This document shows, piece after piece, positions 1-10,789 of a stretch of 37,382 nt of DNA. Where the stretch lies: positions 1 through 37,382 of the forward strand of contig JAHLWZ010000964.1 in the NCBI GenBank assembly GCA_020536535.1, given 5' to 3'. Both the position numbers and the translations under genes were made by a program. The notes beneath the pieces were generated by a model. The model did not search any database. It saw only the letters and a program-made list of their open reading frames with translations, and had not been told where the DNA came from. Every line of letters starts with the position of its first letter. Position 1 is the first letter of the stretch. The DNA is from Pelomyxa schiedti. Taxonomy: Eukaryota > Protista > Evosea.

Positions 1-64
1 ATCCAATCCAATCCAATCCAATCCAATCCAATCCAATCCAATCCAATCCAATCCAATCCAATCC
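1..64. repeat. (ATCCA)n / (TGGAT)n tandem pentamer at the window start; candidate telomeric tract
   Basis: 12 perfect ATCCA units plus ATCC run from base 1. The C-rich strand is at the 5' end, as expected for a left telomere. Confidence 0.9.
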
Positions 65-250
65 CAGTCTCGCACAGCACAGTTGGCAGCCGCGCAAATT
101 CGCAGGGAAGCCAAAGGCTGTGGAAAACAATCAGTTGCCAGAACAAGAAAAAAAAAACCCGTACCGATGATGGAGGTGGGCCAGAGTAGTGATCAAAACA
201 AACAACACACACAGAGTTGGGGGTCAGTGGCGGAAGCGTACAGGTCACAT

Positions 251-700
251 GCTGAGATGACAGCCTGTCATCGCCACGGTAAATCCCCCTCTCCCTTTGT
301 ACACAGCCCATTTCCGGCACATTGATCAGTATTGCTGGTAGGTGGCTTCTTTTTTTCTTTCTCAGGCAGCCCACATATTATGCAGGTGGCGGACCTGCCT
401 ACAATCTATCACCAAGGTGCACCCCTTGCTCTTGCTCACCACCATAGCCTTCCCTGGTCCCACTAACATGCTGGCAGGCACCCGGAATGACCAAGCTTGG
501 AACAGTGAAGATGCCAATAGATGTTACCCGTTGTAGTCGGCTGTTGCCCACTCTGATATAGGCAAGTTGTCCTTTAACCCACGGTTCTCCTTCTCATCTC
601 ATCTACCCTTAGATCACCTCCAGTGGATGAGGTGGCAAGTAGGGAGAGCCTGCCACTGCTGAGTTGACAGCCTGTCACCAAGGTAAATCCCCCCCTTTGT
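251..700. repeat. Two copies (about 251-300 and 658-700) of a ~45-nt dispersed repeat with a palindromic core
   Basis: gctgagatgacagcctgtca..ggtaaatcccc..ctttgta matches gctgagttgacagcctgtca..ggtaaatcccccctttgta. The core TGACAG-C-CTGTCA is a perfect inverted repeat. Confidence 0.75.
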
Positions 701-1201
701 ATCATAACCCCACTCAACCATGATAGGTTGCGTTGGTACCCATGCTCCCAGCATTGCACACTACAGCACATTTCTGTATTTCTGGCACCTTGTGATACTG
801 GTAGGATGGCCTCTTTTCTCTTTTTCCGCATCTCACATACAATTTTTTTAGGTGGTGGACTTTTCACCTCACATCCACACCGGCCACAGAACCCGCTGCA
901 CGCCTGGGGCACAGTTGTCAACCCACAGGGAGTGTGTGAAGCTGCGCGGTGCATGGCACCCCTGGTGCCCGTGGTTACAGTAATAGATCAAGTTCTATTT
1001 ATTTTCTTCTGTTCTTTCAAACCCAACACCCTCTGCTGAACTTGAATTGTCAATATGTGTACTTTAGCAAGGACACCACAAAGCTAAAAACTTCTTTTTA
1101 TCAAGTCACTCACATCTTTCAGAGTGAAAAGCACAACCGGAGCATAGTCGTCAGTGTTTGGCTCCTGTATGAAAGCAATGAACAGAGAGCAAAGAGACAG
1201 A

Positions 1202-3810
1202 CTACATACTTAGAGCCTGCTCTCTGGCCGCTGTGGCAGCAGAATTTACATCACCACCCAGAACCCCTTCCAGGGTAGCAATCTCAGGGCAGCATGATAA
1301 TAGGTCGGGGCCGCTTATTACATGGTAGCCTTTGTTGAAAGAAATAGGCTGTGTGGGCAAGCAAGAAGTTATGGTATTCTGGGTAACGTGACTTTGCGAC
1401 AGGAAGAAATAGACACCTTGGAAGGATTTAGGTTGATACATGATTTGGGGGTACCATCTGTGGGTTCTTCTGATGCTATCTGGAAGAATAGCTTGAGCTC
1501 TTTTGTTATTACTGAAAGTGCACTTGACCGAAGCATTTTGAACTTCACTGTTATTTCAGAGTTGAGATGTGATATGAGGGGTGAGGCTTACAGTAAATGG
1601 CACAACACTGACCGTTGGGCACTTAAAGGAAGTTAGCAAATACCAGAACTGGCCAGTAGAGTACATTTGCGCTGAGCCTCAAACATATAATCAAAGAAGT
1701 GTCTGTTATAAGGTACATATATTCCAAGACCCAGAGTATGAGTAATACTAATGCTTTCCTGAGTCACTTCAGACACTGTAATGAAATTTGGGTGTAAATC
1801 TACAGAATATTGATCAGAAGCCTCAAACGTTTCCCACTACATACGTGGCACGCTATGACAATGGGCCATAGTGAGGCACTTAATCATTAGTGGACTTGAT
1901 GGTAAACTCAACTGCTCGAGATTTATGCCAATAAACGGTGAGTCTGCCTCCTCAACCATGAGACGGCATGTTGTTCGCTACATCTGGTAAATTAAACTTA
2001 CAACATAGGAACGTATTCACAAGAACGAATTGTTGCACTCGCGAAGGCAGATCCACTTGTAGCTGCAGCAAATTGTATGCATATGAAAAGGGCATGTAAA
2101 CATCAGCGCCATCTTTCTTTGGGATAATAAGTGCTAAATGGCTGGTGTTCAGTACGGTGCCAATGGCCATCAGATCAGTAAAATCTGGCTTTTCGTTATA
2201 CCATTCAATAATCTCAGTGGCTACCTTTTTTGTCAGCTTGAATGTGAACTTTTTCTCCAGAAATCCATGTCTTCTTCTTTGTGAGGAACAGCTTCCTTAG
2301 CTCAGATAGGGCTCCCCTCGTTGGAAAAAGAGGCCTGCAGTAAGGTGAATTATTAAACCAATAGAGTAACATACATATGCAACTCATTATACGTAATAAA
2401 TGCCCCTTTAGATGCTGTTTCTACGATATTTTCATGAGGGCCAGCTTTAATTCTGAGACAGTGAATGTGAACCCCACGAATGAAAAGAAAATCCAAACTT
2501 TGCGAGAAACTGTCTGAAGTACAGTGGGGATGCATAAAGTGCCACTGATACAAGATTAATATTGTGTTCTATTTCTAAGACGGAGGTGCCAAATAGACTC
2601 TCTACAGGATCAGTTTTAAAAAGGTAGCTTAGTAGCTCTATTGCAACAGGTGGTGTTATCATTGGGTTCTAGGAGTAAAGCTAAGGCAATTTATCAGGGA
2701 GTTTCGTTACCATAACGTTCAAGAAAGTCAGTGGCACGTTTTCTAATGTGCGAAGGATGGTTGGATCTTCACCGGTTACTAACAACATTTCCCCTTGACA
2801 CCTCATATCCGATATTTTTCTTGTTTGGTTTTTATAAGTGACAAAAGAAATGAGGAAAATACTCAAAGGTAGGAACAAATTTATCCAATATCCTTGCTTC
2901 GTGGACATGTAGTAGTACGTTTCTACAAGCACAGGCTTCGAAAATTGAGACACTTTCAAAGGGAGTTGTTTACCTTCTTCTATGAGGCTCATAGAGAAAA
3001 CATCTGCGAAGTCAACACGTCGGACTGCCCTTGCGGGATCCATTTGTCCCGCAATGTCCTCTGCGGCTTCGATACAATCATTGCCTGGACCTAGTTTTTC
3101 CGTGAAATCTGGATCAATTCAGGCGGTGATATACCCCAGACACAGGGTATAGCTCCAGTCTTCGACACAATGTCCGCGGCCGCAAGTTTATGCTCCAGGG
3201 TGATGATCCGTAAGTCTTCTGGATCAGGGCAAACTTTCCAGTATCTGACATCAAGCCTAACGCGGGCTGTGCATCAAAGTACTTGAATAACATGATACTG
3301 GCAAACTAGGTTGAATGGTTCTGTTGCGTTCCTTCTTGGACTAAACATTGGTGCTGGATGTAGTGGAGGCTCCAGTGGCTTTTCAGGTATTGGCTGTGCA
3401 TGTTGTACTTGTTGTTGGGGTGGAGGTGCTGGAGGTGGTGGAGGTTCGTTTACTTCAATGCGCGGTACCATCCGTCTGTAATACACGATCACCAGTAGAA
3501 GTTTGTACTGGTTGCTTTTGCCCTTCACTTTCTTTTTCATTTGGCTGCTCCATATGCTATCACCATCGAGCAAGGACTTCAAATAAGGGCCAATATCTGC
3601 ACTCCAATTCGCCACTTCAACTGCAACTTTTTCAGGTGTGCTTTCACCAGATTTTGGATTGGGCTGGATTTGAAGGGCCAATTCCTCCCCTTTACTCAGA
3701 AAAAGGTTCCACGTTTCGGAGCTAATGTCTTTGGGCTGTTCACCATCTATCTTTTGCACCAAAGCTTGATACTTTGGTTGTTTCACAGAGAAATAAGTAG
3801 TAAGCTGCAT
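1202..3810 (-). CDS. Multi-exon (about 14 exons) protein 'A': helical N-domain, Pro-rich linker, degenerate P-loop/STAND-like domain and REase-like C-terminus; paralog of 4031-7100
   Basis: Splices open with 13 canonical GT-AG introns. Motifs: YWKVCP, CVWGPG, CRNVLLHVHE, LLVTGEDP, LYASP, IGTVLN..IP..DG..VYMPF, IYVPYNRHFFDY, AIYLKFK, YHVISGPDLLSCCPE. Start codon uncertain; domain labels are inference. Confidence 0.75.
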
Positions 3811-4030
3811 GCTGAGTGAGAATAAGCATTACAACAAGAGCAGGCACAGCAACAAAAAAAACCCCAAACAATCAGTCTCAATGGAGGTTCATGCTAACTT
3901 GTCTTTTTCTTGTAATTGGTTTCAGCATCAAGCTATATGCTAAGATCAAATTAAATAAATAAAATCAGCATTTCGAAGAATTCTTTTTTCGTCGAAAGAT
4001 CAACGGCATGACAAATCAAAAACAAAAACA

Positions 4031-7000
4031 ATGGGTGATGTGGCCGACGTCGGCTCAGCTGCAGCGGTGCCACCGGCGAGTGCATCATCAAAGGTGGTTT
4101 CACCACCAATCAAAATCGAAATCGCGGCGTCGGCCGTCAGACCCAAGAAATTCAACGAGACGTTCATGGTTTCTAACCCAAATTTTGGCGTCATTCTGTC
4201 GTACGTCGACTGTGAAAGAGCTGTTCCAAATTGGTTTCTCTGGTTTTTAAACAAAGGGACATCCCTTGTTCCCACACTGAGCGCCAAAATGGCTTTGGAT
4301 GCTGCAATGGCTGTGGTCATTCCATCAGAACTGAACGGAGTTATTCAAGAAGAACAGGTTCTTCTAGAAGCCATCAATGACCCTGGCATTTGGCATGTTG
4401 AATCGCAGGGGACACGGTACACAGCACCAAATGTTCAGCCAGAGGTCAGACTACTGTTGAGCATTGCATATATTGCGCGTGTGCGGCAAACTCAAAATCA
4501 CATTCCCCAGACACCACCCCTTATGAGGAATTCCTTCTTCCCTCTTGGTAGCACCAAGTTCTGTGCAGTTCCTGACAAAGCCCTAGCATTCACCTCTTCG
4601 TCTCCGTTTTCACCAAAACTGCCACCACAACCTGAACTTGCAACAGCATCCTCATCTACTTCCTCCATCAATAACCTGCGGGAAAAAGTGCATCCAGTCA
4701 GACAGAGAGAAGCACTCGGAACAGATAACCCCCTTCTCTGTCAATCCCCAGATTCTATTCTCGAAATGTGGTGTACTGTTGCAAATAGATACCAGAGAGA
4801 ACATGAAGATGATAGTGACAGTGAAAATGAAGAGGCTGAGGATGGAGTCAAAACACATAAAAAACCAGCAGCACAAAGCTCTTCCATCCTCTCCCTTCTG
4901 TCATATTGGAAAGTAGTTCCTGAGAACTGTTTCAAAATCACTATAAAGACATATGAGTCCCGTCTTATTGCAGTAGAGATCCTGACAAAGAAACATGGAA
5001 ATTCAATAATATATGTTATTACAGGTGTGTCACCTCCTTGAATTCTTTCACTCACTTAAAAAAAGGAAAGAAAAAGCATTGCTCTTGCCAGATAGATATG
5101 TTGGTGGATGAATTGAACAAGGTGAAACAATTTTATAAGGCACGTTTGCCTTTTGAGTCTCTTATCAACACAGGTTACACTATTCGCTTCTCTTTTGTTT
5201 TCCCAAGTCCTCCTTCCTTTTGTAGGCAAAAATACCGATGATATACTAACTGACATGTTTTTACAAAATCCTGGCTGCACGTGTCAAAATATGTTGCTAC
5301 ATGTTTATGATGTTAAACATCCATCAACTGATAACTGTGGCCAATTGATAATAGATGCCTTCCAGTATAACTGATCCCTTTTTGTTTTGTACTAATTGTC
5401 TATAGAAAACTGAAGCAGATAATGCTAAGAGAAGTGTGTGTCATAATCTCCGGGAAAAATCCCCTTATCGAGGAAGAAGCTGGATTGCCCCTTTTGTATT
5501 ACAAGCCTATACTGGTTTTACACACTCTCACGGGGTTTGCTGATATAAATCTAGAATCCCATCATAACCTCCAGAATTGCCCATCAGATGATGTGGCATT
5601 TGTTTAAGGCTGTCAACAGTTCATCCCTTTGGGCTGATGAACCGGATAAAAGCAAAGAACAAATGAAAAAAACATCAGGGTCTCTTTATGCTCAGCCAGA
5701 TGTTATTCATCTTTTCCTGGAAATGTATGTAACAGGAAATGGAATTAAAAATAACAGTCAAAATAGGCTCAAGATATATTGTGGTGATGGACATGGAACA
5801 CCACCAGATATGAAGGCAATGATTGAAGCAGTGTGGAAAGAGAAGATGTAACTATAACTACTTTTCTCAGAGGCTTTTCTTAAGAATAACTGTCACACAG
5901 GATGAAAATAAAACCAGATCCCGTTATGGAGGGAAAGGAGATGATGGAACAACTAAGAGCTCAAATTCGTAGAGCGCCCATGGCAATAAGATATACCTCC
6001 ACTGCAGAAATTATAGAAATGCAAAAAAGTATCTTCATAAAATGAAAAAAAGTAACAAAAAACAGATGATGAGCTGATTCAGATTGGCAATGTTTTGAAT
6101 AATCTGGGTTTATCTTGTTTCATTCCATTGGAGGATGGCTATATTCGCATTTACCTTCCTTTTTGTTGGACAAGTACATTCTTCAGTGATAATGACGACA
6201 TCAAGGTTTTATTTCTGTCTGGATTTTTACAGTTTTTTAATCAAGTAAAAAGTCATCTCCTGATTCAAATTTTTGGCTAAGTACAAAACCCATAAATTTC
6301 TGGCTCTTCGAGAAGCGAATTAAACATGCTCTCACAATACCTGGATCATTTCTCTTGCATGTTTCTAACGCTAGAACTCCATTTCATTCACATTTCAGTG
6401 CGTAAAATCAAGTAGAGAACTTTAACCTAATGCCATTTAGATTTACGTGAAGGTTGCGTAACTTTTGACCTCTTAGAGACAATCCCTCCAGAGTGGATAT
6501 TGAGCAACCTCATTGGTTGCAAAAAAAATGACGTGATAAGTAGACAAAGCTCTGAGGCAACTGACTATGTTTCCATTATCCAAAAAAGTGTGTTTTACAA
6601 TGCCAAACCTTTTCTCAAATCCACTGTATATTGCCGATGCTTCAATACCTTCTTTTGCCTACCGTACAATATTACCAAATGAGACCCTGTGCTAACTTTA
6701 TTTTTAGATCAATATCAAGTCGCCGGATCATTGGATCTAGCTGCATTAGAGCAAAAGACTTTCAAATGGTGGGAAGCAGCCTTGCTTTGGCCTGAATCCT
6801 GTTGAGTTTCTTCTTTTCTTACCTCTTATTTATTATCTGATAGCAACATATACAATGATCGCCAGAAGTGAAATCCCTTTATCAACAAGGTTACGAGCTT
6901 TCTTGGAGGGAACTATCCGAGTCAAAAATTTGTACTGGAAACAATTCCAAATTCTTGCAGGCTCTGAGCTTTGGTGTTTTTGCCCGGAGGCTTTTATCCA

Positions 7001-7100
7001 ACTTGTAAGGCCAGCTGATAGACAACTACTATTCCGTACAATTTCTGTTCTTCATTTTAATCAATTTACGTTGCTTAGCACCGAACTCAAAAAGATGTAG
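4031..7100 (+). CDS. Multi-exon protein 'B', paralog of 1202-3810 with the same architecture
   Basis: Long first exon of about 331 codons, then short introns. Motifs: YWKVVP, YVITG, CQNMLLHVYD, VIISGKNP, LYAQP, IGNVLN..IP..DG..IYLPF, EATDY, AYHQYQ, FQILAGSELWCFCPE. One junction (about 6590-6629) lacks an AG acceptor. Confidence 0.75.
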
Positions 7101-7330
7101 GGTGGAACACCCTTGACACTACTGCTTGGCTCTTAACATTTTTGCGAAATAAAAAAAAGTGGAAAAAATCACTGGAAGAAAGTTTTTTTTTTTTTGATTG
7201 CCCGTAGGTGTGGATGAAGGGACTAAGACATTGCCCAATGCCTTTTAGGCGGATGACCTCGAAAGTCTCAGCGGTCTGGTGTTTAGTTTTTTTGTTTTAC
7301 CAGTTGCATAAACATCCCATCATCACAAAA

Positions 7331-7816
7331 ATGCTTAAGGGAGGGGAGAGGGCAGTGTGGGCGCGATGGCAGCTTGCCGCCTTGGCCCTTCCTGTATGCA
7401 GGTGCCAACGCCTCGTCACAGTGACATCGCTCTCTGTCTCGTCACAGCCTTCTTGTTCATCATCGTGTAAAAGACCAAGGATCGCAGCAACTGCAGCAAA
7501 AAGCACAGGGGCAACTATTCAAAGAAAGCCACTTACGCGCCCACAATTGCAAGTACAATCACCTGTGTTGGGAATGCCGCCTGTGAGTTTGCTGCCTTGG
7601 CCTGTATTGACTTGGATTGGACATGAGTGGGTCAATAACACTGCAAGGGTGGTGGCATTCAAGGTGCTAGTTGGTGAGGATAACAATAGGACTGAAGGGT
7701 GGGTTCAAGTGAGTGTATCACATACACTGGGGATCACTGTTCCATCAACTTCTATGACTCCCTCACCACATGTTTCATCTTCTCACGTTCCACCAAGGCA
7801 AAACACACAAGCATAG
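7331..7816 (+). pseudogene. Truncated member of a lineage-specific family (paralog of 16360-17543)
   Basis: Shares WARxQ, LP...IGxxW and VSHTLG motifs with 16360-17543, but stops shortly after VSHTLG where the paralog continues for about 290 aa. Confidence 0.55.
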
Positions 7817-7908
7817 ATTCCTTCCTGAAGTTGTAAACAAAAAAATTGTTCTGTTCCATCCATTCCACACCATTTGAGACAAAGAAAAGTAAGTAAAAGT
7901 TGTAAGTA

Positions 7909-9349
7909 TCAGGAGGTGTGTTCATGCTTAAGGTGATTGGAACCAGCTGTTGAAGGTACCTTGGGACACGCAGGGTGCTCTCTCCTGCAATGGTTAAAAT
8001 TTGATCAAATGAATTTGTTAGAAAGAAGTACCGCATGAAGGAGTATTCATAGGTCACAGCACCTAGGGAGGCACCTAAGAAGCTGCCAATTGTCCACACC
8101 CACGCATTGGAGAGGTCTCCCTGTGATTAGTGTCAGAATAACCCGCTTTTAGGTGATGGTTTACACACTTCCCAGATTGCCGGAGCAAGAGCCCTAAAGG
8201 GATTCATAGCTACACCGCCGGTTGCAACTCCAGCAAGAATATTGAGCATTGCAATGCAGGCGATAGCAATGGGGCCAAATACACCCCAGCCCCGGGGGTC
8301 AAAAGCAGTAGCAAAAGCGCCAAAGACAAGACCAAAGGTGCAATACCTGAAAAACGTTAGTATTACCCAGTGAAGAAAAGGTACACACATTTCAAAGAAG
8401 AACGCTCTTCCGGCTTGAAGGAATAAAGGGTGAGAACTGCAAGTTATAACAGCAATTAATTTACTTAGACAGACCGGATTGATCAGGCCCCAGTTTATTA
8501 TACTAATATCAGATATGAGAAAGAGTAAAAGAAAAATTGACCAACTGAGAGTGGTGCATCAATAGCCAACTTAATGAAACCCGCACCAGCAATAGCACCA
8601 AGAAACTGGCAAAAAACATAGGCACCAAATCTGACTAATGTTAGAGCAATCTCCCGGTAACCCAATAAAAGTATACCTCAAAAGGGTGATTCTTTTGCAT
8701 AACAGTGTCCCAAGGGACATTGCCGGGTTGAAATGTGCACCTGAAAAACAATAAGGTCGGTGCACAAAGCTAGTTGGGGTACTCCTACCACTTAGATGGG
8801 CCGTAGCATAAATAACAATAAGAATAAGTAATCCATGGTAGAGAACAATGACCAATGTGGCGGCCCCACCAGTAAGTATATCTTCAATTCCTTTTGTTCC
8901 GGCAAGGGAGAGAGCTTTGTTTTTTTAAGTACCAGCGGGGTATGAAAGTGGCAGATACCAACGCTAGGTTTTCAGATGAAAAGAGTATTGCTAAGAGAGG
9001 GACATACAAAAACTGAGTTGCCAGGAACTCAGCAAATAGTGCTCGATAAAAGTCAGGCTTGTACATCTCATCCAGGTTGAACAAGTTGTCCACATAGCAA
9101 CTTTCGTGCTTTTTCTCATCCTCTTCATGGTCCCTCTTTCTCCCTCCTCCTCGTCTCTCTCCCCTAGAGATGACAGTTAAAAAAAAAGAAGAAACCCAAC
9201 CAACCAACATGTTTTCATCACCCAAGAAAAAAAAAAAAGGCACGCAAACAGCTACAGTCAAAACTGAGCAACAACGACAACAACAACGGGTCAATTGTCT
9301 TGGGCTCCATCTCCACCACAGTTCCCCCTTCCTCTTCTGCCCTTGACAT
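7909..9349 (-). CDS. Aquaporin / MIP family channel
   Basis: RALFAEFLAT, HLSGAHFNPAMSL, QFLGAIAG, FEMYCTF, AMNPFRALAPAI, WVWTIGSFLGA; joined through canonical short introns. Confidence 0.95.
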
Positions 9350-9491
9350 GTCGTTGTTACACTTTCCTAGTATTTACAACCCCAACCGCCTTCGCAACTT
9401 CGTTTCGTTGTTGTATTGTGGTACAACAATCACTTTGGCTTGTTTTTTGTTGATTTCGCTTCGTTGTTATTACCGAGAAGAATATCTGCAG

Positions 9492-9728
9492 ATGAGGGTG
9501 GTTGTGCGGGGGATTGACGGGCCCAGCGTGGCGCTGGACAACATGCAGCCATCCGACACTGTCATGAGAGTGTTGCAAATGATGCAACGCAAGGACGGGA
9601 TACCGCCAGACCAGGTCAGGGTGGTGTTCAGGGGCGCCGAGTTAACTGATACTTCAATGACCTTGGCTCAATGCAACATCCATGACAACGACACTGTCCA
9701 TCTTGTATTAAGGTATACAAATTATTAA
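9492..9728 (+). CDS. Ubiquitin/NEDD8-like protein lacking the C-terminal Gly-Gly
   Basis: MRVVVRGIDG..PSDTV..KDGIPPDQVRVVFRGAEL..TL..NI..DTVHLVLR is a ubiquitin fold. The ORF ends LVLRYTNY. Confidence 0.85.
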   Translation: MRVVVRGIDGPSVALDNMQPSDTVMRVLQMMQRKDGIPPDQVRVVFRGAELTDTSMTLAQCNIHDNDTVHLVLRYTNY

Positions 9729-9926
9729 TTGTAGCCATTCAGGCAAGCGGCACTCAAAGTACTGTACAAACAGGGTGAGAAAAACAGAAGCTGATTGAGT
9801 GTGTGGTTGGGGTAAAGCTGGGGTATGTTGTGGAATTGATGGAACAGAAAAGCTGGCACACAACAGAGAGGGAGAACACAAGTCAATAAAGGAAAATTAC
9901 TTTTATCACCAAAACATAAGCCTTTT

Positions 9927-10742
9927 TCAGTCGTAGCCACTCATTGCTTTACGTAGGATACGTTTTTCCTCTTCCACGAAGTTCTTTGCTCTGGAGCATT
10001 GACCAAGGTCGCGCTTCCTCTTCTCTTTCTCATTGAACGTGAGTGGCTTTTTCTTCATCTTCTCCAGCTTCCTCTCTTTCTGCATTTCTGGCAATGACTT
10101 CTTCCTGGCACCACTAGAACTTTCTCCTGCTGATGTTGATGACGACTTGTCATCTTCCAGGTGCTGTGCTTCCCACACAAATTCTTGCTGCGAGGGAGCT
10201 GTGTTTGGGTGCAGGAACTTTGGCAATGGGGCCTTTGTGCCCACGTTGAGCAGGTCACACACAGGGGGTAAATCCACAGACACAACCCTAGGCCTCTTAG
10301 CCACAGGCCCTGTTACTTCCGCAGCAGCACTTTCCACAGCCGTTAAGGCTGATTGTGATTCTAATTGCGCGCCAGATAGTGAGAGTGGCTCTGCCGTGCC
10401 AGAATCTTGTATTTCTCCTGATTGTGATTCTGGCACCACCTGCGTGTGTATCCCCTCTGACCGTTCATAACCCAAATGTGTGTGAACTCCTTCAGCAGCC
10501 TCAACAACGGCTGTTTTGGTCGCGCCCGGGGTCACACTGGTTTGTCCACAATTGGTGCAATTGGTCCCATCACCACAGCCACTCAGTGTACGAGGGTCGT
10601 CGTGGGTTTCGTGGGTGTTTGTGATGTCGTCTGCTTTTTTGCCGGTGGCAGGTGGGGATGACGTTGATGTCATTGAGTCGCGTGTTTGAGTGCTGTATCC
10701 CCCGTTGTCCTCCTCGTCCGACGATTCGTAGTTGACAAGCAT
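9927..10742 (-). CDS. C1orf52 / UPF0690-like protein (intronless)
   Basis: N-terminal MLVNYESSDEE, internal LPPVCDLL..PKFLHP..FVW, and C-terminal KEKRKRDLGQCSRAKNFVEEEKRILR. These resemble C1orf52-family motifs as recalled, not searched. Confidence 0.6.
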   Translation of the reverse strand: MLVNYESSDEEDNGGYSTQTRDSMTSTSSPPATGKKADDITNTHETHDDPRTLSGCGDGTNCTNCGQTSVTPGATKTAVVEAAEGVHTHLGYERSEGIHTQVVPESQSGEIQDSGTAEPLSLSGAQLESQSALTAVESAAAEVTGPVAKRPRVVSVDLPPVCDLLNVGTKAPLPKFLHPNTAPSQQEFVWEAQHLEDDKSSSTSAGESSSGARKKSLPEMQKERKLEKMKKKPLTFNEKEKRKRDLGQCSRAKNFVEEEKRILRKAMSGYD

Positions 10743-10789
10743 TGGGATCACTGACCGAAAGGAACAATCTTTTTTCTTGTGTTTTGGAG

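Noticed and set aside
83-1278. Short ORFs in the subterminal region
   Set aside because: No recognisable motifs or consistent exon chain; probably non-coding.
5222-5266. Intron-like segment in gene B with TACTAAC and a non-AG (CAA) end
   Set aside because: A canonical pyrimidine-rich GT-AG intron just upstream (5174-5225) explains the frame, so this segment is coding (GKNTDDILTDMFLQ).
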